This document shows positions 48,445-61,000 of a DNA stretch of 64,000 nucleotides, piece after piece. The notes under the pieces were generated by a model, which saw nothing but the letters and a program-made list of their open reading frames with translations, searched no databases and was not told where the DNA came from. Source of the stretch: Bilabrum cf. latius (Eukaryota); contig OZ237771.1 of assembly GCA_965178125.1 (NCBI GenBank), positions 372,001 through 436,000 of the forward strand. The letters are read 5' to 3'. How positions within the stretch are numbered: position 1 is the first letter of the stretch; each line of letters begins with the position of its first letter. The translations under genes were made by a program, and so were the position numbers.

Positions 48445-51400
48445 TCAGGTGCTGCCGCTAGAGCTGCCGGTGAGGCATATCCAAGTTGCTTCTCCGGACT
48501 ATTGCCCGTGCTAGCCTCCAAGAAAAGGTGCACCAGAGCTCCCAGCAGCAGAACCAGCACCACGCCGTTTCTCTGCCCGAGCAGCGGCAGCGGCAGCAGC
48601 AGCACCTGCCCTGACGTTGTGCCTGTGCGCTGCGAACACAAGGGCAGCAAACCCCGTCTGTTCGCTCTCTGTGACGCCTTCCACGCTCGTCCTATCCAGC
48701 ACCAGGGCATTCCCATCACCATCGCCAGCCTTCGTGTTCTCAGCCTCGCCGTCTATTCCCCTTCGCCCTTCTACTCGGCTCGATGCACCCGCTATCTTGA
48801 CATCCACTCTGCCCCTGGCGCCGCTGGCTGCTCGTTGAAGCACATCGGACCATGCAACTTCGGCCAATTTCACCTGCGATGCATTGCAAGGGGTGTACAT
48901 ATCAGGCGGATACTGTGGGCCAGGAACAGGGGTAGCACAGCCTCTGCAAGGACAACAGTGCAGCACGATAATGTCTCACGTCTTTTCGCTTGGCCAGCAT
49001 ATTGAGAGCATGCTGTAGCCTCTTCCTATACTGGGTGATGATCTGGGACATGCCGGCGGGGGCATGCATTGCTGCGGTGGCGCGCGAGGGGCCGGCGGTC
49101 GGCTTGGTCGGTGTGGCACCGCTGGGCCTGTGTCCCTGATCTGCCGACGCAGACGATGATGACGCTGACGACGAGGCTATGTGCTGAGCATCTCGCAACT
49201 GACCGCTAGTTTGAGTCGAATCACCACCCGCATTCTGGGCCCTCAGCACCGCGGCAAGTTCCTACTGAAGCCTTGACTCGAGAGCACTGGCCTGCTATCC
49301 GGCGGCAGCAGCCGACTCCAGCTCATCCCCACCCGCGATCACGTTCGCCGTGTGGCTACCACCTGAAATCTTTCCGGCCCCATTATCTTGCACGGCATCC
49401 CCTGCCGCTTCCAGCAGTGCCTCGAGCGCATCGAAGTCCAGCCCTTCGAGTGCGCCATCAAAGTCAATGTCAGCATCGACACAGTCCTCGCCGGCCGGCT
49501 CCGAAGTGGCACTAGCTGCACACGCAATGCCCGCAGTAGCCGTAGTTGACGCCTGAAAAGGTGCGGATTCCGCAAGTACCTCTGGCCTGGGCTGTGCATG
49601 CTGCGCATACTGCTGGTGCGACTGCTCTGGCTTGAGGCTGCTGATCAGCTGTGTCACTGACACAGGTGCGACGCTGGCAGAGGACCCGATATCAATCACC
49701 TCCACCTCGTCCCCATCATCATTGTCGTCTTCGTCGTCCATCATCGCGGCCAGTGCAGCAAGGTCGTCCAGCTCTGCTGCATCTGCACCTGCATGCGGCC
49801 GCTGTGCTTGGCCGCTCACTGTAGCATGCCCCGCGCGTGGGAGTGCTGCGGCTGAAGTGGGGGTGATTGCTTCTATATGCCGGTCTGAATACCTCGTGCT
49901 GATAGACTACCGCATCTACAGCAGCACTTGTTCCGCGATGCTGCCTCCTTGTCCCGAGACCGGCACAGGGGTTCTGCCTGCAACCGCGACGGCGTCCGCC
50001 CAGGCCACGTGACCCGGCCTGTCATGCGCTGCAATAACCCCACGGTTGCGCCGCCACACAAGGGACGGCATCTCTTGTTGGAGCCCGGCCATACATGCCC
50101 AGCTCACTCCCTTCGGAAGAGCAGATCGCCAACCGTCAGGCCTGCATGCATCCTGCAGCGTCTCTAGCCTCGCCCGCATCCTTCGGGCCTGCTTCTCCTT
50201 CGCGCCCGACCGCGACCCAGGGCGTGCAACGGCGGGTGCCTCATCGATCGCAGCATGAATGATGCTGCACTCCGTTTCTGCCAGCACAACCTCTACTGCT
50301 CGAGGGTCCGGGGCCTCTGCCCAATCGGCTGTGCTGTCTCGCTGCCCAAAGCCAACCTAGGTCGTGTCATCCTCAGGGGCTTTAGGCCCACCCAATCGAA
50401 TCTTGTAAGGCAGCGGCAGCTTTGCAATCTCTAACTGCAGCTCCCTCCGTCTTCTTGTCCTGTCCGCCTGCCTCGGCAGGATGAGCCGCTTGGCTTTCGG
50501 TGCCGCTCGTGTCTGGTCCTCCGTGACTCGCCGCGCTGATGCTGCCCTACTGCCACGGATTCCAAACATGGCAATGCGGAGTGGGTACCGTAGCCGGTTG
50601 ACATCACTCTTATGGTCATCATTTCTATTCAAAGGCGAGCTGGAGGGTTCCTCGGCTGCACTGCCGGTCCCATCGCCACGAGGTCCATTGGACAGGTCTA
50701 GGCGCTGCTCGTCGTCCTCATCATTAGCTGATGTCATAGCCATTGACTAATCACCCACCATACCTTTGCTTGGCGTGGCTTTGGGGGCGCCTTCCTCTCG
50801 GCCGCTGTGGCTGCGTCTGCCGGCGCGACCCCTCTTGCCACGGCGCACTGCCACGCGGGCCCGCACACCATCGCCTGCACGATCACGGCCTCCATCGCCT
50901 GCACGATCACGGCCTCCATTGCCGTGTGCTGATGCATCGCCTGTATCACCGACCGTTGTAGTGGTGATACCCGGGTGCTCCATGACTCCGTCGCTGGGAG
51001 GCTTCTCTGTCCCATCTATCATGGCTGCTTGGCCTGTGCTGGCTGCGCTCGGCTGCTCCTGCCCCGTGCCGCATGACCGATCAACGTCTTCAACTATATC
51101 ACGGGTTCTACTGGGTACTCCATTGCTCCTCTAGACTACTTTCATGCTGCGGTACATGCTATCAAGCCGTGGTTCCAGCTCCTGCATGTCGCTGCTCACC
51201 TGCCCCATCACTGCCTTGCACGCTCGATCGACTGAATCGACTGAGACAGCTGCTGCAGACTCGCTCCATGGCGCAGTACCGCGCTGCACCGCTTCCCTAG
51301 AATCACCAAAGCCTTTAGACGCAGCAGATGGCTGCGGCCTAGCCAGTGTATCAGCTCCTCTTCCCTCACCAGCAGCCGCCGCCCCAACCACGGCATTATG

Positions 51401-52165
51401 ATCCTGCCGACCCCTCCAGTGCTCCCTGAGCATGGCGGACACCGCCCTATCGTCGATGCTCTGGAGCACAGTATCCGTGCCTGCCTGCGTCTCGGCAGAT
51501 GCCACGATCGCATCCGCACTTAGGTCCATCAGGACGGAGCGGTTCACCCGAGCTGTCACGGCAGACAGCTGCTCGCTCATGCGGTTGAGGCAAGTGTCTT
51601 GCGAATGCTCGGCGGCGGATGACTCGCTGATTGGGGATCCATCAATACACGCGCCAGCTCCTGATGGAGCCTGCTTACTGTTATCTTGGTTGGCAGCGCC
51701 AAGCACCTATTCGTTTGACTCCTACTAGGTGGCGTCACCCAAACATGCCTGCATCCACGCCACTGCTTCTGGGTTTGAGTGCGTACCAACGGGGAGCAGT
51801 CCAATTGTTTCCAGCGAAACAAACGGTTCTGGAATTGCATCTTCTGTGATGCTTGCATCGGATGTCATTTTTTTGAGCTAAGCTTTGCCTGTGTCGCTCT
51901 CCCTCTAGTTGTGCTCGTCGTTTGCCTCACCACGCATCAACGCAGAGATTCGCTTCGTTGCACGCCGCATGGAAGCAGTGTGGCGGCTCATCATTGTTTC
52001 AAGAGATGATGCCAGCCGCACGCCTTCGTCAAATGATAGGCTGCGAGCCTCTACTAGAACCTGAATTGAACTAAGCATTTGCTCATCCACCTCCTGAAGG
52101 GATTTCCTCCCTGAAACTGAGAGTCGTTTCTCTATACTAGCAATATTATAGTACATAGATGACAT
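48445..52165 (-). CDS. Large hypothetical protein (about 1200 aa, largely low-complexity)
   Basis: ORFs 51905..52165, 51131..51706, 50747..51022, 50357..50743, 49916..50287, 49295..49819 and 48902..49249 share a frame joined by TAGs. A predicted intron at 48874-48979 links to the 48511..48966 frame. Ends TGA at 48445. Both ends uncertain. Confidence 0.6.
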
Positions 52166-52336
52166 TTCCTTTAGGTATATTGCGCAGAAAGGCTGCAGTC
52201 TCCTGTGATAGGTGAATCCATCCGGACCTAGAAGCTTCCTTTTGTAGCTTCATCTTTCATAAATTGAGCAAGCCTGACTGCCGCCAAGCGCGAGGCTATT
52301 ACTGTGCGTCCTACCATCCGTAGCAGCCAGTCTGCA

Positions 52337-55300
52337 ATGCAACTTGACACAGATTCAGTGTTAAATCTCCCAGCTGACGATGTGATCAGCCTCTTGGAAA
52401 CAGATTCAGCCCAAGGTCTCCAGCAATCTGCTGTGGAAGCCAAGGTGCAGCGATACGGAAACAATGTAGTCGAAACCGGGGATGACGACTCGTTGATCAT
52501 GAAGTTCCTCGAGTAGTTTCAAGATCCAATGATTATCCTGCTGCTGGTATCTGCTGGCATCAGCTTTCTTCTCGGCTAGTGGGATGACGCGCTGTCGATC
52601 TGCTTGGCAGTTCTTATCGTTGTGGTCGTGGCCTTTATCCAAGAGTGGAAGAGTGATCAGAGCTTGGAAGCGCTGAAGCACCTAGCACCGCCTGTGTCAA
52701 ATGTAATTCGAGATGGCAGAGAAATGCAGCTGAAAGCCGAACATGTGAGCCGCAGCAACACCGAAAGCCAGCGTGAATCTGCACAAGTAGCGAGGCTTTC
52801 GCGTAGCTGCTATAGTGCTCGCTCCGTGGTAGCACCACGTTTCAAATATCATAACGCGCATACACACGCACCCTCCCCCGACGCTGAGCCATCCCCCTTT
52901 CACCCTTTCCCTCGCCGCAGCTCGTCCCGGGAGATATCATTCGGCTCCGGATGGGCGACAGGGTCCCAGCCGACGCTCTCCTGCTGGACACGGTCTGGCT
53001 CCGGTGTGACGAGGCCTCGTTCACGGGGGAATCGCACGCGGTGGAGAAGCAGGGTATCCGCAGCAACGACAAAGGGGCGGTGCAGCCCCAGCACGGCGAC
53101 GGCATGCCGCTCCCCCCCAAGGCTAGCACTCGTCACACTGACACCGAGGAGGGGCGCACCGGCCCCAGCAGGCGCAGGGTACCCCCCGGGCCCGGTGGGC
53201 TGTCGTCGTCGTCGGCGGCGACGGCGGGGGCGGGGGCATCAGCAAGCGGCCTGGATTGGAAGGCCTCGCACCCCTCCATGTCCGACCTGGTTGCAACCGC
53301 CTCGCAATCGGGGGCGACGGGCGCCGCGCGGTAGGGGCTCGGAGTTGCCAGCGGAACCGGTTCGCCCGCGCCCGCCCTCCAGGATGCGGAACTTGCGCGG
53401 CGCCGCCGCGAACATCTCGCCCTCATGTCCACCCTGGTGGTGGCGGGGGAGGGAACCGCCGTGGTGGTTGCAACCGGTGCTGGCACGAGGCTGGGTCAGC
53501 TGGTGCAGGACGTGGAGGAGGCGGAAGAGACGAAAACGCCCCTGCAGGAGCGGATGGCCGACCTGGGCAAGCAGCTGACGATCGCATCCTTCCTCGTGAT
53601 CTTCGTCATCGGCGGGATCGGCACACTGCAGGGGAAATCCCTCCTGCAGATGCTGACCATTGGGGTGTCCCTGGCCGTGGCAGCCATCCCAGAGGGGCTG
53701 CCCATCGTAACGGTCGTCACGCTGGCGCTCGGGGTGCAGCGCCTTGCGGTGCGCAAGGCGGTGGTGAAGCGCCTCCCCGCCACCGAGGCCCTGGGCAGCA
53801 CGCAGGTGCTGTGCTGCGACAAGACGGGCTGCCTCACGGAGAACAAGATGAGCCTTGTTTCGGCGTTCGCGCCCGGCATCATGCCCGCCTCCAAGGTTTC
53901 AGGTGTGACGAGTGATGGAGGTGTGACGAGTGCGAAGAGGCGGCCGCGCCCTGGTGACGAGGAGGCGCGCGTCAGGACCATGCTGGAGGGCGGGGCCATG
54001 ATCGCGTTCACCAGCGGGAGCAGCGGCAGCAGCAGGGGGACACCTGGGGACCACGGGGAAAGTGGCAGCGGAACCGTGCAGCGAGGCGCCGCGCAAACTA
54101 GGGGGTTCGCCAGGATCGCGGAATCGGGTCGAAAGGCGGGTTTATCAGCCCCAGTGGACGCCTGCAGCTGCCCGCAGGCCGGGGCGCTGCTCGAGGCAGC
54201 GTCCGTGTGCAGGTCGAGTGCATTGCACGGTGGTGCAGACGGCGCCGAGGACGGAGGGCACTCGGAGGAACAGTCGCACTCGTCACACGAAGCTCCCGCG
54301 CCTCCGCAGGGCAGTCCCTTGGAGCGCATGATCGGACCAGCCGCCGCCAAGCTGGGTCTCGCGGGGGTCAGTCGTCGCTATGACGTCACCGGGATGCTCC
54401 CCTTTGACCCGCTGCGGAAGTACATGGCGGTCAGAGTCAGGGCTCGTCCGGACACGCACGGGATGTGGGGGTTGCTGCACCCGCCAGGCGTGCCGCAGCC
54501 CGGTGGTGTCGGCGCTGTGGCCGGGGGAGGACCGGATGATGGTGGTGCATCAGCCGGCGGGCAGGCAGCCTCCGAGGAGCACCACACTCGTCACACCCAT
54601 GGACCCATTTCACCTTACTCTTCCGCCCCCCAAGCCGGGGAACAACAGCAAGGGGCCTCCAGCGCGCCCCCCACCCCGCTCAACAGCGACCACCAGGCCA
54701 AGATGGCATCCAGGGGACAGGCACCGCTGCCGCCCCCCACGGCTGCCCCTGCCGCAAGGGCAGTCCCCACCCCCCTCAGCACAGAGCCCTCCGCGGGGGA
54801 GGCCTACGTGGGCTGGATGCCCCCACCGGGGAGGCAAGCACAGGCTGCCTCGAAGCACCGGCACCCAGACACGGCCACAGCCACCGACACAGCCTCCCCC
54901 CGGGAGTTTTACTTCGTCAAGGGGGCCTTTGAGCGGGTCCTGCCCATGTGCGACAGGGTTGTTCTGCCCAGGGGGTCACCCTACTCCGGTTCCGCAGTGT
55001 GCGCGGCGCCACGGCGGATCGGGTGGGAGGAGTACAGGGCCATCGATGGGGTGCACGCCCAGATGTCCTGCGAGGGGCTCCGGGTCATCGCGGTTGCAAC
55101 CGGTTGGAGGGTGCCGGCGGGGGAGGCGGCAGAGGCGGAGGCTCGCGCCATGCGTGCTGCGTCGTCCTCGCAGCTCGAAGCGGGTGGGGCGGGGTATACG
55201 AGGGCCGGGCCATCGATGCCTCGGTGGCTGGGCGACGACAGGCAGGGCGCGCTGCCTGGGGGTGCATCGCACGGTGGTGTCGAAGGCCTCGTGTTCCTCG

Positions 55301-56973
55301 GCCTCCTCGGGTTCATGGATCCGATCCGATCCTCTGTGCCCCGAGCGGTCCGTCAGCTGCACGGGGCGGGCATGCGGGTCATCATGATCACGGGAGACGG
55401 GAAGCTGACCGCCGCCGCGATCGCCAAGCAGGCCGGCATCTTGCCGCAGGTCATGCAGGGGGAAGAGGGAAGGCGGCAGCTGGAGCGGCTGGCCCTGATG
55501 CCGGCCATGGCGGAGCGACGAGCGGCGAGTCAGGGGCAGCCGGGGCAGGACGGTCAGGAGGAGGACGAGAAGAAGGACGAGCATGCGCTGGCAGCTGCGG
55601 AGGCGGCGGCAGCGGCGCTCGCGGGTGGCATGCAGGTCACGACCGCGGACATCGAGGCCGGGCGGGCCGCCAGAGCTCTCGTGGGGGGAGAGGAGGTGGA
55701 GCGGATGGATGACGTGGAGCTGTCCAACGCGGTGGCTCTGGGCGCGGTGTTCTACCGCACGTGGCCCAAGCACAAGCTGAGGATCGTGCGGGCGCTTCAG
55801 AGGAGGGGGCAGGTGGTGGCCATGACCGGAGACGGCGTGAACGACGCGGCTGCGCTGCGACAGGCCAACATCGGGATCGCCATGGGCAAAGGCGGCACGG
55901 CGGTGGCCCGAGAAGCGGCTGACGTTGTCCTACTGGAGGACGATTTCGACAGCATCGTGGCGGCGGTGAGGGAGGGGCGGGGCATCTTCGACAACATCCT
56001 GGCCTTCGTCCGATTCCAGCTTACCACCAGCGTCGCGGCTCTGGGGCTGATCGCGGCGGCGTATGCCATCGGTTTGCCCACCCCTTTGAACGCCTCCATG
56101 GTGCTGTGCATCAACCTGATCATGGACGGCTTCCCCGCGCAGTCTCTCGGTGTCGAGCCCGTGGCCCCCGATGTGATGAGGAGAGCCCCCCGGAGCCCCT
56201 CCCAGGCCGTGGTGAGTGCCCCCATGTTGGGGTCAATGGTGTTCACCGCGGGGGCGGTGCTGGGGGTGACTCTGTACGTGTTCCTCACTGAGATTGCAGC
56301 CGACGGTCAGGTTACTAGGCGGGACACCACCATGACCTTCGTGGCGTTTGTAACGAGCGATTTGGTATTGGCGCTGTCCTGCCGCAGCACAACGAAGAGC
56401 GTGCTGGAGCTGGGTCTGCTGTCCAACCCTTTCTTCCTCGTTGCGATCGGGGCCAGCTTCCTCGGCCAGGTCCTCATCGTGTATGCCCCGCCCCTGCAGG
56501 CTGTCTTCAAGACCGAGGCCATCAGCGCTTGGGACTTCGCCTGGGTGAACCTTCTCTCGCTTTCGGTGCTTGGGGTGGATGAATTGAGGAAGGCGTTGGA
56601 GAGAGCGGGCGTTCTGCGGATGCCGCAGAGTTTTCCCGGTGCTTGCGTGACTGCGTGGGACGGTGTGCAGTGGGGCGGTGACAGGGTCATCGGAGTGACG
56701 TGGGGGTTTTCCCAGCGGGCGTGGGGCGTGTGTGCGTGGGTGTGCACGTGCGGGGGCTGCTGCTGCAACGGGGGGAAGGGAAGGGGCAGCAACAAGAAGC
56801 ATGCGGAAGAGGAGCAGGGGGCCCTGGGGGAGGCGGAGGGGGACGGCGTGGGCCTGCTGGCGGGGCAGGGGCACGGGTCCCGGGGTGTTCACGAAGATTC
56901 GCTGCGGAACATTGGCGGGCTTGCTCTCGGCGGAAGTCCCGGGGCAGGGGCAAAGTCGGACAGGGACGTGTGA
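52337..56973 (+). CDS. P2A-type Ca2+/Mn2+ ATPase of the secretory pathway (SPCA/PMR1/ATP2C-like)
   Basis: FLE*FQDPMIILLL, LG*WDDALSI, TGES, AAIPEGLP, DKTG, KGAFE, MITGD, MTGDGVNDA, FQLTTS, INLIMDG and TRRDTTMTF. Intron 52745-52920. TAG at 52514, 52577, 53332. Ends TGA. Confidence 0.95.
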
Positions 56974-57457
56974 CGAGTGTGCAGTGCGCTGCTCGAGGGG
57001 ACCACGCGTGCAGCTACCTGCCAGTGAGGTCCTCCGCGCTGCCAAAAGGCCGGGATGTGGCGGGCGTTTGGCCCACTTGACTGCAATTTGCGAGTGCCCA
57101 TGTATCGTCTCTTCTTGTTGTTAGATGCTCATGGGCCGAGACATGCAGTCCGTGCAAAGCGATGTGACGAACGCACTTGATTCGCGTCACGATTGATTAC
57201 GCTTCACATCGTCGATACTGGCATGTCCATCGATACGTACAGCGGACTTCTTATACTATGCGACTCTAATTCCAAATTCTCAAAGGTTTGGGGGCACGCA
57301 GTTGTTAGTTTGCTGAAGAAAAATGACAAGCAATGTGAGACGCCGAACCAAGGCTTGGTGCAAACCCTTCGAAATAGTGACGACCGACTATCGAAAATGC
57401 GTGCAACCTCTAGTTTTTTCTGCAGTTTTGATGCAATTTAGGCCGTATGACTCTGAT

Positions 57458-57733
57458 ATGGCAACCGACAAGCAGAAAGAAGGCTATCAAATTGCGCTTG
57501 GTGGCGGTGATGCTGTCGGCTTCTCCCCAGTGAGTCGTATACCTGGCTCACGCAACTATTTAAATCATGTAATATAAGTAGAGGTCATATTTTTTCCTAG
57601 CCTGGTTTCGTAGGCAGAGAAGGCTGCGCTATGGCCATACGCGAAGCTATGCTTCTCGAACGACCGGCAGTTCAGCCATTTCCGCTCGTTGCTGTCGAAA
57701 TTAAATCGTCATGCACGAATTCAAATGCTTAGA
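57458..57733 (+). CDS. Possible small spliced gene (first two exons only; end unresolved)
   Basis: ATG 57458, donor GTGAGT at 57530, acceptor at 57613, open exon to a second GTGAGT donor at 57734. No recognisable homology. Confidence 0.3.
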
Positions 57734-58086
57734 GTGAGTACAGCATGCATATTTAGCTCATTGCTGGTCCATCAAAATTGCAATCGTCACACGTAAAATA
57801 AAGAGAGTTTAAAATAGGGCGGTCGCAACGCGGCGACCAACGAAACGGCGACGACTTTCGCGCATTTGGCGACCAATTCGAGGAGGCCAAACCTACCGCC
57901 GGGACGTATCTGCCGTTGTGGTTGTTGAGGATATATCAAACAGGTTGTCTGGCTCTCTGGAGTATAATTTAGTGCTGCTCAGTCCCCTGAAACTAGCCTT
58001 GCTGTTTGAGCGACTCGAAGAAGACTGGAGGCAACTTTTACTTCCTGGTCTCGTTTGAACGCAAGAGCGGATCGCGTTGCACAGCT

Positions 58087-61000
58087 ATGGATCCCAATCA
58101 GCATTTATACGGACATGGCGGTGGATAGCACAATGTGATTCAGTTTGGTGGTGGCGGAGGAGGCCACGACAACCAGATGGCATCGGGCGGGTTTACAGGC
58201 CCGGCTCACCACCAGACGTTCGTTCTCGGTAGCGAGCACATGATCGATCCATCAGGGCCTACATTCTATCAAGCCACCGATTCTCATGGAAGAGTGGTCG
58301 CTCAGAGCGCCCAGATGGGAGTACCCGGTGCTAACTACGTTGCTGTTTCCCAGCCCATGCATTACTCCTCTCCACGGCAGGAAACCATGCGACAGGACTT
58401 TAGACTGAACCCGGGGCAGCTTCCCCCCATGGAACCAGGCCGCAGGCCCACTCCGGCGGTGGCAGCCGAGGAATCGCACTCGACGCGTGGTCGAGGCAGC
58501 GCGGGCGGCCAGCCGCGCCCCATGCAGCTTCAGCTCGTGGGACACCAGCACCAGCACCAGCACATGCCACTCTCCGCGCAGGCTGCGTCCATGGCACGAG
58601 GCCACATCGTGGCCACGAGCGGGATGCGCATCCCCGGGGGCGGCGGCATGCTGGTGCTGCCCCCGGGAAGCAGCGGCGGGATGGGGATGGGAGTGGGCGT
58701 GTCGTCGGGAGTGGGGCCGGTGGCCAGCCCCCAGGGGTCGGAGAAGGCGTTTCACTTTGACGGAGGATCAGGCGGCGGCAGCAGCAGCAGCGGCCCCCAG
58801 AGGCACAGCTCGAACGGGTCCATGGGCGGGGGGGGTACCCTCATGGATGTCCCCGACATGGGGGGGGATGGCGAGGGGGGCATGGGGGGGAGCCCCGACC
58901 TAGAGGGACAGCTGCCCATGGACGGCTCCCATGGGTTCCACTCTTCATCTTCATCATCGTCTTCATCTTCATCTTCATCCCAGCATGCGCCCATCCAGGC
59001 ATCCCGGTTCCTTGGGCTAGTGCAGCAGGGGGGCGGGGCTGGAGGACCCTCGGTGATGCAGCTGCAGCAGCAGCAGCAGCAGCAGCAGATGGCTCAGATG
59101 GCTCAGATGCACGCGCAGATGCAGGCACAGGCGGGATAGGTCCAGGCACCCCAGGGGACAATCCTGATGCGATCCTCGTACGCCATGCAGCAAGACCCCT
59201 CCATGGGGCAGACCCTCTCTGTTCCCCAGGGGGTCTCCCAGGGAGTCATGCAGGGGCAGACACTCATCATTCCGCAGCAGGTGCAGATACACCCCGTGAG
59301 CGGGGTCATTAACCTCCCCGCGGCACCCCCCCCGCCCCCGCACTCGTCCATGGGAGGAGGCACCGCGGGGGGGCAGGAGCAGGGGCAGGGGCAGGGGCAG
59401 GGCAGAGGGGGGGGGCGGTACGGAGGCATGCAGCAGCAGATGTCCGCTGCGCAGGCGGCTGCGGCTGCGCTTGCCCAGCACTCGGCGCAGGCTGGGGGTG
59501 CAGGGCACGGTGGTGCATCGACAGGCGCCCAGAGCACGTCACAGCGCGGGGCGGGGGCGGGGGCTGGGGCGGGGGCTGGGGGCGGGCCAAGGTCTAGATC
59601 AAGCGGTGGGGGCCGGCGTGGAAGTGGAGCCGGCTCCTCGTCCAAGGTGGGGAACAAGCGATCTAGGCAGCAACGGGAGCAGGAGGAGGGACAGGGACAG
59701 GTCCCAGGGAACAGCGCGGGCCACGACATCGATCAGGCCGCCGTGGCAGCAGCCGCCATGGTGAGCGAGGCCAGGATGGCAATGTCCAACAGCAGCAGAG
59801 TAGGAGGAGGAGGAGGAGGAGGAATGGGGGGTATGCCTGCATCGGCTTCGTCTGTCCCCACGGTGGACATTCCTGCTGCCCGCGGGCGTAAGGATCCGGG
59901 GTCCGGGGGCCCCCCCGCGCCCAAGCGGTACCGCCGGGGGGGGGGCGGAGAGCGGCACTTCAACGAGCGGGCCGAGATTTCAAAGGCGCTGGCGGAGGGC
60001 AAGGACCTGGGGCAGACCACGGCCGAGCTGCTGAAGCGGCCTGAGAAGCAGAGGCGGCTGGGGAAGAAGGCCTCCCTGCTGGTGGGGAACGTGTACGTGG
60101 GTAGGTCGGGCAAGGTCAGCACCCGAGCCATCAAGAACAGGCCGGAGCTGTTCGGACACGCAGACGGCGCAACGGACCCGCCCTTGGCCGGACTGCTGGG
60201 CGAGAAGACGTGCCACTCGTGCCACTACCGGCGAGCACTCGTCATCGACTGTGCGTGGGCGTCACTCAACAAAGGCAGGCACAGCTACTGCGCCAACTGC
60301 CTCCGTCGCCGCATGAACGTCGATTTCCATGCCATTCGATGCGGTTTCGTCAAGTACCACTGCCCGGTGTGCGAAGGCCTGTGCCCGTGCTCCAGTTGCA
60401 AGAAGAAGAACGGCGGGGTGAAGCCCTTCCCCTTTGAGTACGCACCGTGCGTTGACAGGACGAGGCTCAGCAGCAAGTCGGGGGGCACACTCGAGGCTGC
60501 CCCTGCGGACCCTGTCATGTACCCCGGGTGTGCTGCCCAGTACCCAGGAGGTTCCGTCAACGGCACGGTGGGTTTACCGGATGCTGCCCCCTCGGCTGCA
60601 GCCGGCGGGGCGTCGGTGACCATGCCCAAGCCACCCGCCATGGGAGCTGCGGACCTCTCTGCAGCCGCGAGCAAGGCCGCTTCGCAGGGAACAACGACAA
60701 CCGCGACGTCATCTTCCTCGGCCTCATCTTCATCTTCATCTTCCTCCTAGGCAGATGCACTCAAGGACTCCAAGTAGAGCAAGCACGGCAGCGGCAGTCC
60801 ACCGAACACCGAAGAGACCATCGCCACAGCCACTCGGGTGGCTGAAGAGGTGAGAAAAATGGCGGGCCAGGGAACAACGGGGGAACAGCAGCAGCAGCGG
60901 AAGGAGGCGGAGGGCAGCAGCCATGTGATGAGTGCGGCCGCCGCGGCAGCCGCCGCCGCAGCCGCCGCCGCAGCCCGCAGCACCCCGGGCACTGACCCAA

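Noticed and set aside
52514-52579. TAG as pyrrolysine, Trp (A-to-I editing) or Leu
   Set aside because: The alignable sites match conserved Gln, and TAGs are too many and too scattered for site-specific recoding.
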